NCBI GenBank assembly: GCA_036507005.1
Contig: DASXQT010000010.1
Span: 285 to 64,284, forward strand
Source of the DNA: Candidatus Eiseniibacteriota bacterium
Lineage (GTDB): Bacteria > Eisenbacteria > RBG-16-71-46
Length of the DNA stretch: 64,000 bases
Direction: 5' to 3'
Made by a program: the position numbers and the translations under genes. The notes beneath the pieces are model-generated. The model worked only from the letters and a program-made list of their open reading frames with translations. It was not told where the DNA came from and did not search any database. Positions 46,021-54,432 of this stretch are shown here, piece by piece. The stretch's first letter is position 1. Each line of letters opens with the position of its first letter.

Positions 46021-47800
46021 AGGCGCGGCGCCAGCCCGCGCGACGCCGGCCGCCGCGCCCGAGGCGGCCGCGCGCGCCGCGTCGGCGCTCTGGTGGGTGC
46101 TCGCGATCTCCGCGGTCGCGCGGCTCGCGCTGGCGTTCGTTCCCTCGATGTGGCTCTGGGGCCTCAACGTTCAGCGCTTCCTCGCGACGGCGGCGGCGTG
46201 GGCGCCATGGGCGGCCGCCGCGCTGGCGCTTCATCCCGCGGTCGCCCGGGCGCTCCTCCCCGCGCTCGCGCGCGCGGGCAATGCGCTCGCCCGCCCGCGC
46301 GGAGTGGTGGTGGCGGCGCTCCTCGCCGCGATCCTCGTGCTCGCTCTGCCGGACCGCGTGCGGTTCGTCGGCGACTTCCTGCTGCGTCAGGGTACCGTGG
46401 AGCAGGCGGGGCGGCCCGCCGTGCTCTTCCCCCAGGCGCTGCCACTCGACGTGCTCCTCCACTACACGCTGCCGCGCACGCTGGTCGACATGCACCTGCT
46501 CGCCGCCAACGGCGCCGCGCGCGCGCTCGGGGCGCTCGAAGCCGCGCTGCTCGCCGCGCTGGCTGTCGCGTTCGCCCGGGGGCTGGCGATGCGCGACGCG
46601 GCGGCGCTCGCCACCGCCGCCGTCGTGTTCTTTGGTGGCACGCTCACCATGTTCACCGGGCTCGGCAAGGCATTCACCGAGATGGTGCTGCTGGTCGCCG
46701 CTCTCGGCGTCTTCGGCCTGCGCGTGCTGCGTGAGCGGCGGGGGCTCCTGCCGCTGGCCGCGACCCTCGCCGCCGGGCTCGCCCTCCACCGCTCGGCGCT
46801 CGGGCTCGTGCCCGCCGCGGCCCTCGCGTTCGCCTGGGGCGCGAGGCCGCATGCGGCCGAGGGCGAGGCGGTCCTCCGCCATCCGAAGGCGGAGTGGCTC
46901 ACCGCCGTCTCGATCGCGGTCCTCGCGCTCGCCGTGATGCTGCCGCGCATCGTCGCCACCATCCTGCGCTGGGACCCGATCCATCTCACTCCCCCCGAGG
47001 TGCGGGAGCAGGGCGTGGTGCGCGCCGCGTTCGCCGGCACGCGGCCCGCCGACCTGCTGAGCCTGGTCACCGCGCTCTCGCCGCTCGCGCTCGCGATCCC
47101 GCCGGTCGCGATCCTGCTCGGGCGCATCCCCGGTCGCGGGCGCGAGCTGGCGCTGCTCTCGGCGCTCGCCGTGCCCTTCGTGCTCAGCATGCCCCTGCTT
47201 CATCCCGCGCAGGGGCTGTTTCGAGATTGGGACGACTTCGCCGGCGCCGGGGAGGCGCTCTCGCTCGTCGCCGCGTGGCTCGTGGCCGAGACCCTGCGCG
47301 CGGCCCCTGGCCGCGCGTGGCTCGCGAGCGGCGTGACGCTCGCGGCCACCACCGCCGCGCTTCAGTGGCTCGCGCACTTCACGGACATCGAGCGCGGGCT
47401 AACGCGGGTCGAGGCGTTCATGAGCGAGCCGCCGCGGCGCACCGACGTCGAGCGCGGCAAGACCTGGGACTACCTCGGCATCCGCAACTTCCGTCTCGAG
47501 CGCTGGGACGCCGCCGCCCGCGCGTTCGCCCGCGCCGCCGAGACCTCGCCCAGCCCGCGCATCCTGCTCGAGTGGGGCACCGCCGAGCTGCGCCGGGGCG
47601 ACTTCCGCGCCGCGCAGCCCCTGTTCCGGCGCGTGATCGCGGCGAACCCGAAGGACGTCCACGCCTGGTCCGGGCTCGCCGCCGCCGCCATGGCGCTCGA
47701 CCAGCGCGACGAGGCGCGGCGCGCGGCCGAGGAGGTGCTGCGGCTCAGTCCTGGCGATGCGTTCGCGCGGCGGACGCTGGAGCGGCTCGGCGCGCCGTAA
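46004..47800 (+). CDS. polytopic membrane protein with C-terminal TPR domain, paralog 3 of 3
   Basis: The start overlaps the upstream gene by 17 nt. Motifs SMWLWGLN, VGDFLLRQGT, FPQALPLDVLLHY, LHRSALGLVP, GLFRDWDDF. A hairpin CGCCCCCG-n13-CGGGGGCG follows at 47830-47859. Confidence 0.75.
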   Translation: MRGRGRGAAPARATPAAAPEAAARAASALWWVLAISAVARLALAFVPSMWLWGLNVQRFLATAAAWAPWAAAALALHPAVARALLPALARAGNALARPRGVVVAALLAAILVLALPDRVRFVGDFLLRQGTVEQAGRPAVLFPQALPLDVLLHYTLPRTLVDMHLLAANGAARALGALEAALLAALAVAFARGLAMRDAAALATAAVVFFGGTLTMFTGLGKAFTEMVLLVAALGVFGLRVLRERRGLLPLAATLAAGLALHRSALGLVPAAALAFAWGARPHAAEGEAVLRHPKAEWLTAVSIAVLALAVMLPRIVATILRWDPIHLTPPEVREQGVVRAAFAGTRPADLLSLVTALSPLALAIPPVAILLGRIPGRGRELALLSALAVPFVLSMPLLHPAQGLFRDWDDFAGAGEALSLVAAWLVAETLRAAPGRAWLASGVTLAATTAALQWLAHFTDIERGLTRVEAFMSEPPRRTDVERGKTWDYLGIRNFRLERWDAAARAFARAAETSPSPRILLEWGTAELRRGDFRAAQPLFRRVIAANPKDVHAWSGLAAAAMALDQRDEARRAAEEVLRLSPGDAFARRTLERLGAP

Positions 47801-47829
47801 GCCCGCGCGTCACCGATTCCAAACAGGGA

Positions 47830-47859
47830 CGCCCCCGAGTCCTTTCAAGCCCGGGGGCG
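47830..47859 (+). terminator. terminator-like GC hairpin
   Basis: CGCCCCCG-agtcctttcaagc-CGGGGGCG, 30 nt after the stop at 47800. There is no U-tract. Confidence 0.4.
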
Positions 47860-48094
47860 CCTGGTGATCGAGTCCAGCTCTAGACCGCAGCGGCCGGCTG
47901 CTCGGCGCCGTCCTCGATGGTGTGGTGAGGGAGCGCGCGAAGCTCGACCTCGGTCAGCTCGAGGCCGAGACGCCGCTGGGGGTCGAATCCCGGGGGACCT
48001 TTCAAGGCGGGAAGATGTCGGGGCCGGAGTAGAAGGTGCTACGCTCCGTAGCGCAATCGTAACACCCACGTTGAGTCTGTGCAGGAGACCGAGC

Positions 48095-48904
48095 ATGGCC
48101 CCATCGGTGATTGATTCGCTTCAGGGAGTGGTCGTCCATCAAGAGGCCCTGATTCTCGCCCTCAATCATCGTGTCGACTCGCTGCTGGCCGCCGTTCCCG
48201 ACACCGTGCGAGACACCATCTGGGCTGGTTTCATGGACCAGCGACCACATGGACTCGGAATCGCGCCAAAGGACGTGATCGGATGGGTGGTGACTGCTGC
48301 CGGCATTTTCGCGGCAGGCTGGGTCGCGCGGACTGGCTGGAATCGATCAGACAGTGCGGGACGCCGTTTGCAGAAGGATCGTCACGAAACCGAAGAACGG
48401 AGGATGCGCGAGCAACTCGTGCTTCGGATCCGCGGAACACTGGAGACGATGAGAGCCACCGCCGCGTCGACGCTGAAGAAGGACGCCACTCACCCGATCA
48501 ATCCAGAGACCATGAACAACATCCTCGTCGCCTGGAAGCGCTTCGACCGCGTGTCGGACAACTTGTGGCTGCTCAATGACCTCGTGATGCAGGACCGGAT
48601 CGAGACAATCACGGAGTTCGGGCGCATGACTGCCGAAAAGATCAGGGAGGACGAGCAGCGGTTCCGCGAGACCCGCGTACTCCTAGGGCAGAGGTCTCCG
48701 GAGGCGTTGATTGTCCACCCCTCGCTCGTCACGCGGGCCGTGGACCAGCGCACAAAGCTGCTGACGGTCGTGACGAAGCTCCGTGACACGACAGCTGGGC
48801 TTCTGATCGATTTCAACGCCAAATGGCCGCCGGTGGCCGGGCACACTGAGCGCACCGAACCCGAAACTAGCAGCGACGAAATGCCTCCGGTCAATCCGAG
48901 CTAG
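48095..48904 (+). CDS. hypothetical protein (one predicted TM helix), islet gene
   Basis: SD GCAGGAG before ATG 48095. TM segment VIGWVVTAAGIFAAGWVA. No family recognised. The 3' end overlaps the convergent gene by 4 nt. Confidence 0.55.
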   Translation: MAPSVIDSLQGVVVHQEALILALNHRVDSLLAAVPDTVRDTIWAGFMDQRPHGLGIAPKDVIGWVVTAAGIFAAGWVARTGWNRSDSAGRRLQKDRHETEERRMREQLVLRIRGTLETMRATAASTLKKDATHPINPETMNNILVAWKRFDRVSDNLWLLNDLVMQDRIETITEFGRMTAEKIREDEQRFRETRVLLGQRSPEALIVHPSLVTRAVDQRTKLLTVVTKLRDTTAGLLIDFNAKWPPVAGHTERTEPETSSDEMPPVNPS

Positions 48905-49473
48905 CGCCGGACCCCGCGTGAGCGTGACCGTCGGGGAAACCATTGAAGAAAGAGAGGGCCACGGTAGGCGTCCAACTTTCGGCGCAGCGTGTAGAGATCC
49001 CCGATTGCCGTGAGGAACGGCATCGTGCCGAGGGACGAGATGCCCGCTGGAAGCAACGACGTCGGGCTGCCCTCGGGCACAAATGGCAGTTGGGCGGGCT
49101 TGTAGTTCTGCTGTTGCCAGTAGGCGGTCGAGTAGGCGCTCTTGATCTTGTCTCGGATCTCCATCTCGAGCGGCGGGTTCTCGAGTTCAGAGACGCGGGC
49201 TTCCGAATCGACAAGTTCCTTTAGCCACGTAACGCACTGAGACAGGTGCCAAGGCTGGTAATACTGAGCCTGCATCTTCTGTTGGTTCTCAGCTTCCTTC
49301 AATCCGTCGGAGATCTTTCCGAAGTAGTGGTGCAGGTGGCGAGCTGTAGTCTGACGCCTTACGGCTCGTTGAAACCAGTGCCGGAAGTAGATGGCGTACA
49401 CACTCACGGCTGCGCCACCGATGAACGCTGTGATCGTCTTTGGCGTTATCCAAGCGGATAGCCACGACGGCAT
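48901..49473 (-). CDS. hypothetical membrane-anchored protein, islet gene
   Basis: N-terminal TM helix (ITAFIGGAAVSVYAIYF). Lower-GC codon usage. No family recognised. Confidence 0.55.
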   Translation of the reverse strand: MPSWLSAWITPKTITAFIGGAAVSVYAIYFRHWFQRAVRRQTTARHLHHYFGKISDGLKEAENQQKMQAQYYQPWHLSQCVTWLKELVDSEARVSELENPPLEMEIRDKIKSAYSTAYWQQQNYKPAQLPFVPEGSPTSLLPAGISSLGTMPFLTAIGDLYTLRRKLDAYRGPLFLQWFPRRSRSRGVRR

Positions 49474-49794
49474 TGTGTTCGCTCCTCCTTGATCGCATAC
49501 GCCCCCTTTCCCACTGAGAGCGCAGCTTCGAAAGATGGCGGCGAATGAGCCTCGTTAGTTGGCGTTCCAGAGCAGGCCGTAGACCAAGTCGACTGAGCGT
49601 GGGTGGGCCTGGCTTTTGTCTACCCTCGAACTTCAGCCGGTTTTGGTGACGCGGACTCGCTGACGACCGCTAGAGACTGTTTGGGCAACAAGAGTCGGCC
49701 GCGGGATGCAGCCGCGACCAGCTTCTGGCTTCGAAACGGAGTTTTCGTGCTCTGCATCAGCATGCGTTCAGCGTGGCAGGTCCATGGGCGTCGT

Positions 49795-50496
49795 CTAGGG
49801 TGACTTGTCCACAGGCGCCCGTGAGTCCACGATCGACAGCAGATGGCTCGCGAGGATGATCATCTCAACCGACTCCTTCGGTTGAAGGTCGATCGGACGA
49901 TGACTGTGTGGGTTCTTGTACGATCCGATTGCCCCGACAAAGAGGTCTCGCAGCGCCTGTCGCTCGCCACCCTCGCGATCCATGTTAGTCAGCGGACCGC
50001 CTTCGGGATTGAACGCCGCCTTCATAAGGGCGACACCGATGTCCTTGTCATGGAAACCGCCGGCCGCGCGCACCGAAATCTCGACCTCCCGGAACGCCTC
50101 AAACACCGCGTTCTGGTAATCCCCGCGAGCAAATGCCTTCCAAACACGACTCAGAAGCTTCGGATGGAGCAGGTCTTTCGAAAGGAGGGTCGCGAGGCGC
50201 ATATCAGCAAACGACCCCGCAGCAGCGGCCTTGCCTTTCTTCGAGACGGAGTACCAGTCGTCAGTGGACCTCGTGAGGAAGCCCTGGGCTTCGAGAATGC
50301 TCCAAGCTCCCAGGAAGAGCTGCTCGACCCACTCTTCGCGGCCGAATGCTCTCCAACAGTCTCCCCGGAAGTTGTAACGGTTGAGCTTGGCCCTGTTCTC
50401 TTCGCTGGTCACGAGGAAACGTAGCAGCGCTTCGGAAATGTCCTCAGGCGCCAGTTCACGTACCACGGCGACTGGAAAGCTCACTTGCAAGGTCAT
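49795..50496 (-). CDS. TIGR02391 / Hypoth_Ymh (PF09509) family protein
   Basis: The C-terminal region LHPKLLSRVWKAFARGDYQNAVFEAFREVEISVRAAGG...IGVALMKAAF...LRDLFVGAIGSYKNPHSHRP...EMIILASHLLSIVD fits the Hypoth_Ymh consensus (AVFEAFK.VE..VR, G..LM..AF, G.....RNP.AH, ASHLL..VD). The start is taken at the internal ATG 50496. The longer ORF to 50604 would overlap the integrase start head-to-head. Confidence 0.65.
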   Translation of the reverse strand: MTLQVSFPVAVVRELAPEDISEALLRFLVTSEENRAKLNRYNFRGDCWRAFGREEWVEQLFLGAWSILEAQGFLTRSTDDWYSVSKKGKAAAAGSFADMRLATLLSKDLLHPKLLSRVWKAFARGDYQNAVFEAFREVEISVRAAGGFHDKDIGVALMKAAFNPEGGPLTNMDREGGERQALRDLFVGAIGSYKNPHSHRPIDLQPKESVEMIILASHLLSIVDSRAPVDKSP

Positions 50497-50596
50497 CTCT
50501 AGGGCCTTCCTGACACCGACCCTCCTTCGGGGGGGCCCTGTACCGGTTCGTGGAGGCTCGGGAAGGATAGTTCCGATGCCGAAACGACCAAAAAAC

Positions 50597-51150
50597 ATGG
50601 TCAAACACGGGAGAATGTACTACTTCCGCGACAAGGCCGGCGGGCGTGATCGCCGCGTCTCCGCCCCCGGAACGATTACGGCGAAGCACTCGTCCGGTTT
50701 CGATCTTTGAAACGCGGTCGCCGTTCCCGCGGCGACTGCCGAGGATTCAGGAGCGACCGCCGGATCGACTGAGCGACGGCGAGATCGAGCGGGTGTTCTC
50801 GCTCGAGGATCCGTACGGGTTCATCGGACGATTCCTGGTCGGCACTGGCCTGCGGTGGGGCGAGCTGACAAGGGCCCGGTCTTCTGATGTCTCGGGCAGC
50901 CGGCTCCGCCCCTTGCGGAACGCGGACGGCTTCAATGTCCAGATTCGCGGGCGGGCAGGGATTCCGGGCTTCAATGCTCACCAGCTTCGGCACACATTCG
51001 CGTGCGGGTAGCTGGATGCTGGCGGAAGTCTGGCCGCTCTTCAGGAAATCCTCGGGATCGCCTCGATCGTGACGACGCAGCGTTACGGCCGTCTCGGCGA
51101 GGCGCACGCGCAGGCCGAAGCAGCACGATTGCAGGGGACGGCACCTCTCT
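50597..51150 (+). pseudogene. tyrosine recombinase/phage integrase remnant (fragmented: frameshift plus in-frame TAG)
   Basis: Frame 2 encodes the integrase N-terminus (MVKHGRMYYFRDKAGGRDRRVSAPGTITAKHSS). Frame 0 encodes the catalytic-domain pieces (LSDGEIERVFSL, FLVGTGLRWGELTRARSSDV, HQLRHTFACG), then a TAG at 51013-51015, then LDAGGSLAALQEILGIASIVTTQRYGRL (the conserved LLGH.S..TTQ.Y.H tail). The total is far shorter than an intact ~350-400-aa integrase. Confidence 0.7.
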
Positions 51151-51171
51151 AAGTCGTGTACCTACGGCCCC

Positions 51172-51220
51172 GGAGAGGTGCGAGAGCGGCTGAATCGCGC
51201 GGTCTCGAAAACCGCCCAAG
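51172..51220 (+). tRNA. tRNA-Ser(CGA) 5' fragment (acceptor 5' strand, D-arm, anticodon arm); no T-arm or 3' acceptor, so probably a pseudo-tRNA or att remnant
   Basis: GGAGAGG-TG-CGA-GAGCGGCTGAA-TCG... GCGGT-CTCGAAA-ACCGC. U8 and the D-loop GG are present. AGCGGCTGAA and GGTCTCGAAAACC are near-identical to E. coli tRNA-Ser(CGA). Downstream sequence lacks GGTTCGAATCC or the acceptor complement. Confidence 0.5.
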
Positions 51221-51294
51221 AGGACAGATTCGTTCGCCCATGGCCTGCCGACGCCTCCGCCTGCTCGCCGACGCCGCGCCTAGCGGCGGGCGCC

Positions 51295-51978
51295 TCACCA
51301 ATACAAGCTGAGCCCCAGCGTGTACGTCATCAGGTTCCCGCCGATGTGCGCCGCGACCACGCGCGCGTACTCGGCCTCGAGGCCCAGTCCCAGCGACTGC
51401 CGTATCCTGAAGTCGTAACCCGCGGCCGCGGTGGCGGCGAACCCGGCGTCCTGTTGCCATACCCCTCCGGAGCCGGCGGGCGCGAGGGTCTCCACCCGCT
51501 CCTCGCACACTCCGCCGCCGCCGCGCACGTAGAAATGGCGCGCGCTTGGGTACGCCGTGGCGGTCGCGGTGATGATCTCGAGCCGGCGGTCGAGGCCCGA
51601 CTGCGAACCAGTCCAGCCCCTGGCCTGGAACCCCGCGAGCACGCCGGGCGCCACAACGTGTCCGACACGAAACTGCGTCATGGTTCCGGACTTGCGGCCG
51701 AGCGGATCGCCTTCCATGTCCAGGCTGCCGGCGCCCATGTTCAGGCCCAGCACCCAGGCGCTCGGCTTCAGCGGCGTGCGCTCCTTCGGGGCTTTCGGCG
51801 CCTTCGCGACCTTGGGTGCCTTCTCGGCTTTCGGCGCCTTGGGCGGCTTCGGCGCCTTCTCGTGCTTCTCGGCCGCGGGCTTCGACTCTTTCGGGGTCTT
51901 CGACTTTGCCGCCGCCGGCGAAGGAAGCGCGAGGGCGGCGCACAGGAGGAGCAGCAGGGGCAGCGGAATGCGCTTCAT
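51295..51978 (-). CDS. outer-membrane beta-barrel protein with N-terminal Lys/Pro/Ala (KAPK) repeat linker
   Basis: Signal peptide MKRIPLPLLLLLCAALALPSPAAA. KAPKPPKAPKAEKAPKVAKAPKAPK repeats. The C-terminus ...YTLGLSLYW has the terminal aromatic of an OM barrel. Confidence 0.7.
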   Translation of the reverse strand: MKRIPLPLLLLLCAALALPSPAAAKSKTPKESKPAAEKHEKAPKPPKAPKAEKAPKVAKAPKAPKERTPLKPSAWVLGLNMGAGSLDMEGDPLGRKSGTMTQFRVGHVVAPGVLAGFQARGWTGSQSGLDRRLEIITATATAYPSARHFYVRGGGGVCEERVETLAPAGSGGVWQQDAGFAATAAAGYDFRIRQSLGLGLEAEYARVVAAHIGGNLMTYTLGLSLYW

Positions 51979-52111
51979 CGGATTCTCCATGGATCGACGA
52001 TGCCGTGCGCGGCCGGCCGTGGATGCGATAGGATGCGCCGTCCGCCAGTGGTCCGGGAACGTTAGCCCGTGCGGCCCGAGACCTCAAGAAGCCACCGGCC
52101 GAGCGCTCCCC

Positions 52112-53491
52112 ATGCACGATCTCACCACCGGCTCCGTCTCCCGTCACCTGCTCAAGACCACCAGCTTCATGCTGGTGACCATGCTTCTCCAGACCCTCTA
52201 CTACCTGGTCGACCTCTACTGGGTGGGCCGGCTCGGCAAGGAGGCGGTGGCGGCGGTCGGCGTGAGCGGCAACCTGATGTTCCTGGTGCTCGCGCTCTCG
52301 CAGATGCTGGGGGTCGGGACCACCACGCTGGTCTCCCACGCCGCCGGCCGCAAGCAGCACGAGCGCGCGCTGCTCGTCTTCAACCAGGCGCTGGTGCTCG
52401 CCACGATCTCGGGCGTCCTGTTCTTCCTGCTCGCGATCGCGCTGCGCATGCCGTACGTGCACGCCCTGAGCGCCGACACGGAGTCGGCGGGGCTCGCGGC
52501 CGACTACCTCAAGTGGTTCCTGCCGGCGATGGCGCTCCAGTTCCCGATGGTCGCGATGAGCGCGGCGCTGCGCGGCACGGGGAACTTCAAGCCCGGCGTG
52601 GTCGTCCAGGCGGCGACGGTGATCCTCAACATGATCCTCGCGCCGATCCTGATCTTTGGCTGGTTCACGCACCGCCCGCTGGGGGTGGCGGGCGCGGCGC
52701 TGGCCACGCTGATCGCGATCACGGTCGGCTCGCTGTGGCTCACCCTCTACTTCCGGCCGAAGGACGCCTATCTCCGCTTCGTGCCCGCCGACTTCCGGCC
52801 CGACGTCGGCCTGTGGGGGAGCCTGCTCAAGATCGGCCTGCCCGCCGGGGCCGAGTTCGCGTTGATGGCGGTCTACCTCTTCGCGGTCTACATCCTGAGC
52901 CGGCCGTTCGGCGCCGCGGCGCAGGCGGGCTTCGGCATCGGCATGCGCATCCTGCAGGCGGGGTTCATGCCGGTAGTAGCGCTCGGGTTCTCGGTCGCCC
53001 CGGTCGCGGGCCAGAACTTCGGCGCGCGCCGCCCCGAGCGCGTGCGCGAGACCTTCCGCTCCGCGATCCTCATGTCGGTGGGCGCGATGCTGGTCTTCGG
53101 GGCGCTCTGCCAAATCGCGCCCGCGGCCATGATCCGGTTCTTCTCGCCCGACCCCGAGGTGATCGGGGTGGGCGAGGAGTACCTGCGGATCGTCTCCTTC
53201 AACTTCGTGGCCTCGGGCGTCGTGTTCGTGTGCTCGAGCACGTTCCAGGCGATGGGCAACACGATCCCGTCGCTGATGACCTCGCTGGCGCGTGTCACGG
53301 TGGTCATCGTGCCGGCGTTCCTGCTCTCACGGGTCCCGGGCTTCGCGCTGCGCTGGGTCTGGTACCTGACCGTGGTCTCGGTCGCGCTCCAGATGACGCT
53401 GAGCCTGCTGCTCGTGCGCCTCGAGTTCAGGAAGCGGCTGGCGTTCGAGCCCGTGCCCCAGCCGGCCCCCGCGCCCGCGCCCGCGAGCTGA
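52112..53491 (+). CDS. MATE family multidrug/toxin efflux transporter (NorM/DinF-like)
   Basis: 12 TM helices in the duplicated 6+6 MATE pattern (LYWVGRLGKEAVAAVGVSGNLMF..; GLPAGAEFALMAVYLFAVYIL..). Confidence 0.85.
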   Translation: MHDLTTGSVSRHLLKTTSFMLVTMLLQTLYYLVDLYWVGRLGKEAVAAVGVSGNLMFLVLALSQMLGVGTTTLVSHAAGRKQHERALLVFNQALVLATISGVLFFLLAIALRMPYVHALSADTESAGLAADYLKWFLPAMALQFPMVAMSAALRGTGNFKPGVVVQAATVILNMILAPILIFGWFTHRPLGVAGAALATLIAITVGSLWLTLYFRPKDAYLRFVPADFRPDVGLWGSLLKIGLPAGAEFALMAVYLFAVYILSRPFGAAAQAGFGIGMRILQAGFMPVVALGFSVAPVAGQNFGARRPERVRETFRSAILMSVGAMLVFGALCQIAPAAMIRFFSPDPEVIGVGEEYLRIVSFNFVASGVVFVCSSTFQAMGNTIPSLMTSLARVTVVIVPAFLLSRVPGFALRWVWYLTVVSVALQMTLSLLLVRLEFRKRLAFEPVPQPAPAPAPAS

Positions 53492-53534
53492 TCCACAGCG
53501 CGGGCGTCGCGGGCGGGCGCCGCCGCCCGCCGCG

Positions 53535-54290
53535 TCAGCGCGGCTCGAGCCGCGCGGCGAGGCTCTGCGCCCAGCGACTGCGGCCGTCGGCGCGCAGGTA
53601 CTCGCGCGCCCAGCGCTCGGCCTCGGCGCGGCGGCCGAGGCGCTCGAGGAGCGTGGCGCGGTCGTAGAGCGCGTGCAGGTGCACCGGGTCGCCGGCTGCG
53701 ACCGCCGCGAACTGGGCGACCGCCTGCAGCCGCAACGCGCGCTGCTCGAGCAGGTCCGCATCGCCCTCGGCGCGCAGCGCGAGCGCGACGCCGAGGCCCA
53801 GGCGCGCTTCCCCGAAGTGCGGCGCCAGCACCACCGCGCGGCGGTAGCGGCGCTCGGCGTGCACGTACATGTGCCGCGCCAGGTTGAGGTGGGCGCGCGC
53901 GGTGAGGATGCGGGCGTCCGCCGGGCTGCGGGCCTGGGCGCGCGCCAGCAGCTCCTGGGCCTCGGCCGCGGCCGCCGGGTCCGGCTGCGCGATCCCGGGC
54001 TCGGCCTCGCCGGTCAGCTCGGAGCGGAAGCGCAGCTCGCCCAGCCCGATCGGCCTCTGGCCGCGGATCCGCGCGAAGGCGGCCTGCACGTCGGCATCCC
54101 CGGGGATCCCGGCGACGGTGCGCGGCGGGGCGAGGAGCGAGATTGCCGCCACCGCCCCGAGCCCGAGCATCATCGCGGCGAACACCAACAGCGGCACGAA
54201 CCGCCAGCGCAACCGGTGCTCGATCTCCTCGAGGGTGCGCGGCGGGGCCTGGACGCGTGCAGGTTCCGGGCCGGGGCTCACGGCGCGCAT
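53535..54290 (-). CDS. membrane-anchored TPR-like protein
   Basis: TM helix FVPLLVFAAMMLGLGAVAAISLLA, then TPR-like helices (ARAHLNLARHMYVH..; GLGVALALRAEGD..). The start is ambiguous between 54317 and 54290. Confidence 0.5.
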   Translation of the reverse strand: MRAVSPGPEPARVQAPPRTLEEIEHRLRWRFVPLLVFAAMMLGLGAVAAISLLAPPRTVAGIPGDADVQAAFARIRGQRPIGLGELRFRSELTGEAEPGIAQPDPAAAAEAQELLARAQARSPADARILTARAHLNLARHMYVHAERRYRRAVVLAPHFGEARLGLGVALALRAEGDADLLEQRALRLQAVAQFAAVAAGDPVHLHALYDRATLLERLGRRAEAERWAREYLRADGRSRWAQSLAARLEPR

Positions 54291-54432
54291 CCTATCCGCG
54301 GCCGCCGCACCCCACAACTCTTTGCCGGACTAAAGGCTTGCTGCTATTTTGCCGATGATTTGACGAAGCTCGGTGCGGTGCCGGCTTCTGCCCCGGCCCG
54401 ACCGGGACCTTCGTCCGGGAGTTCCTCTCGAC

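Larger units (their letters stand above)
47801..51250. mobile_element. decayed integrative islet (lower GC) bounded by an integrase remnant and a tRNA-Ser fragment
   Basis: GC content drops visibly relative to flanks. It contains three orphan genes, a fragmented tyrosine-recombinase gene and a 5' partial tRNA-Ser(CGA). Confidence 0.5.

Noticed and set aside
47976-47994. GGGGGTCGAATCCCGGGGG resembling a tRNA T-arm (possible second att remnant of the islet)
   Set aside because: The stem halves are not complementary, so it cannot fold as a T-arm. It is at best a degenerate remnant. It is mentioned under the islet finding but not annotated.
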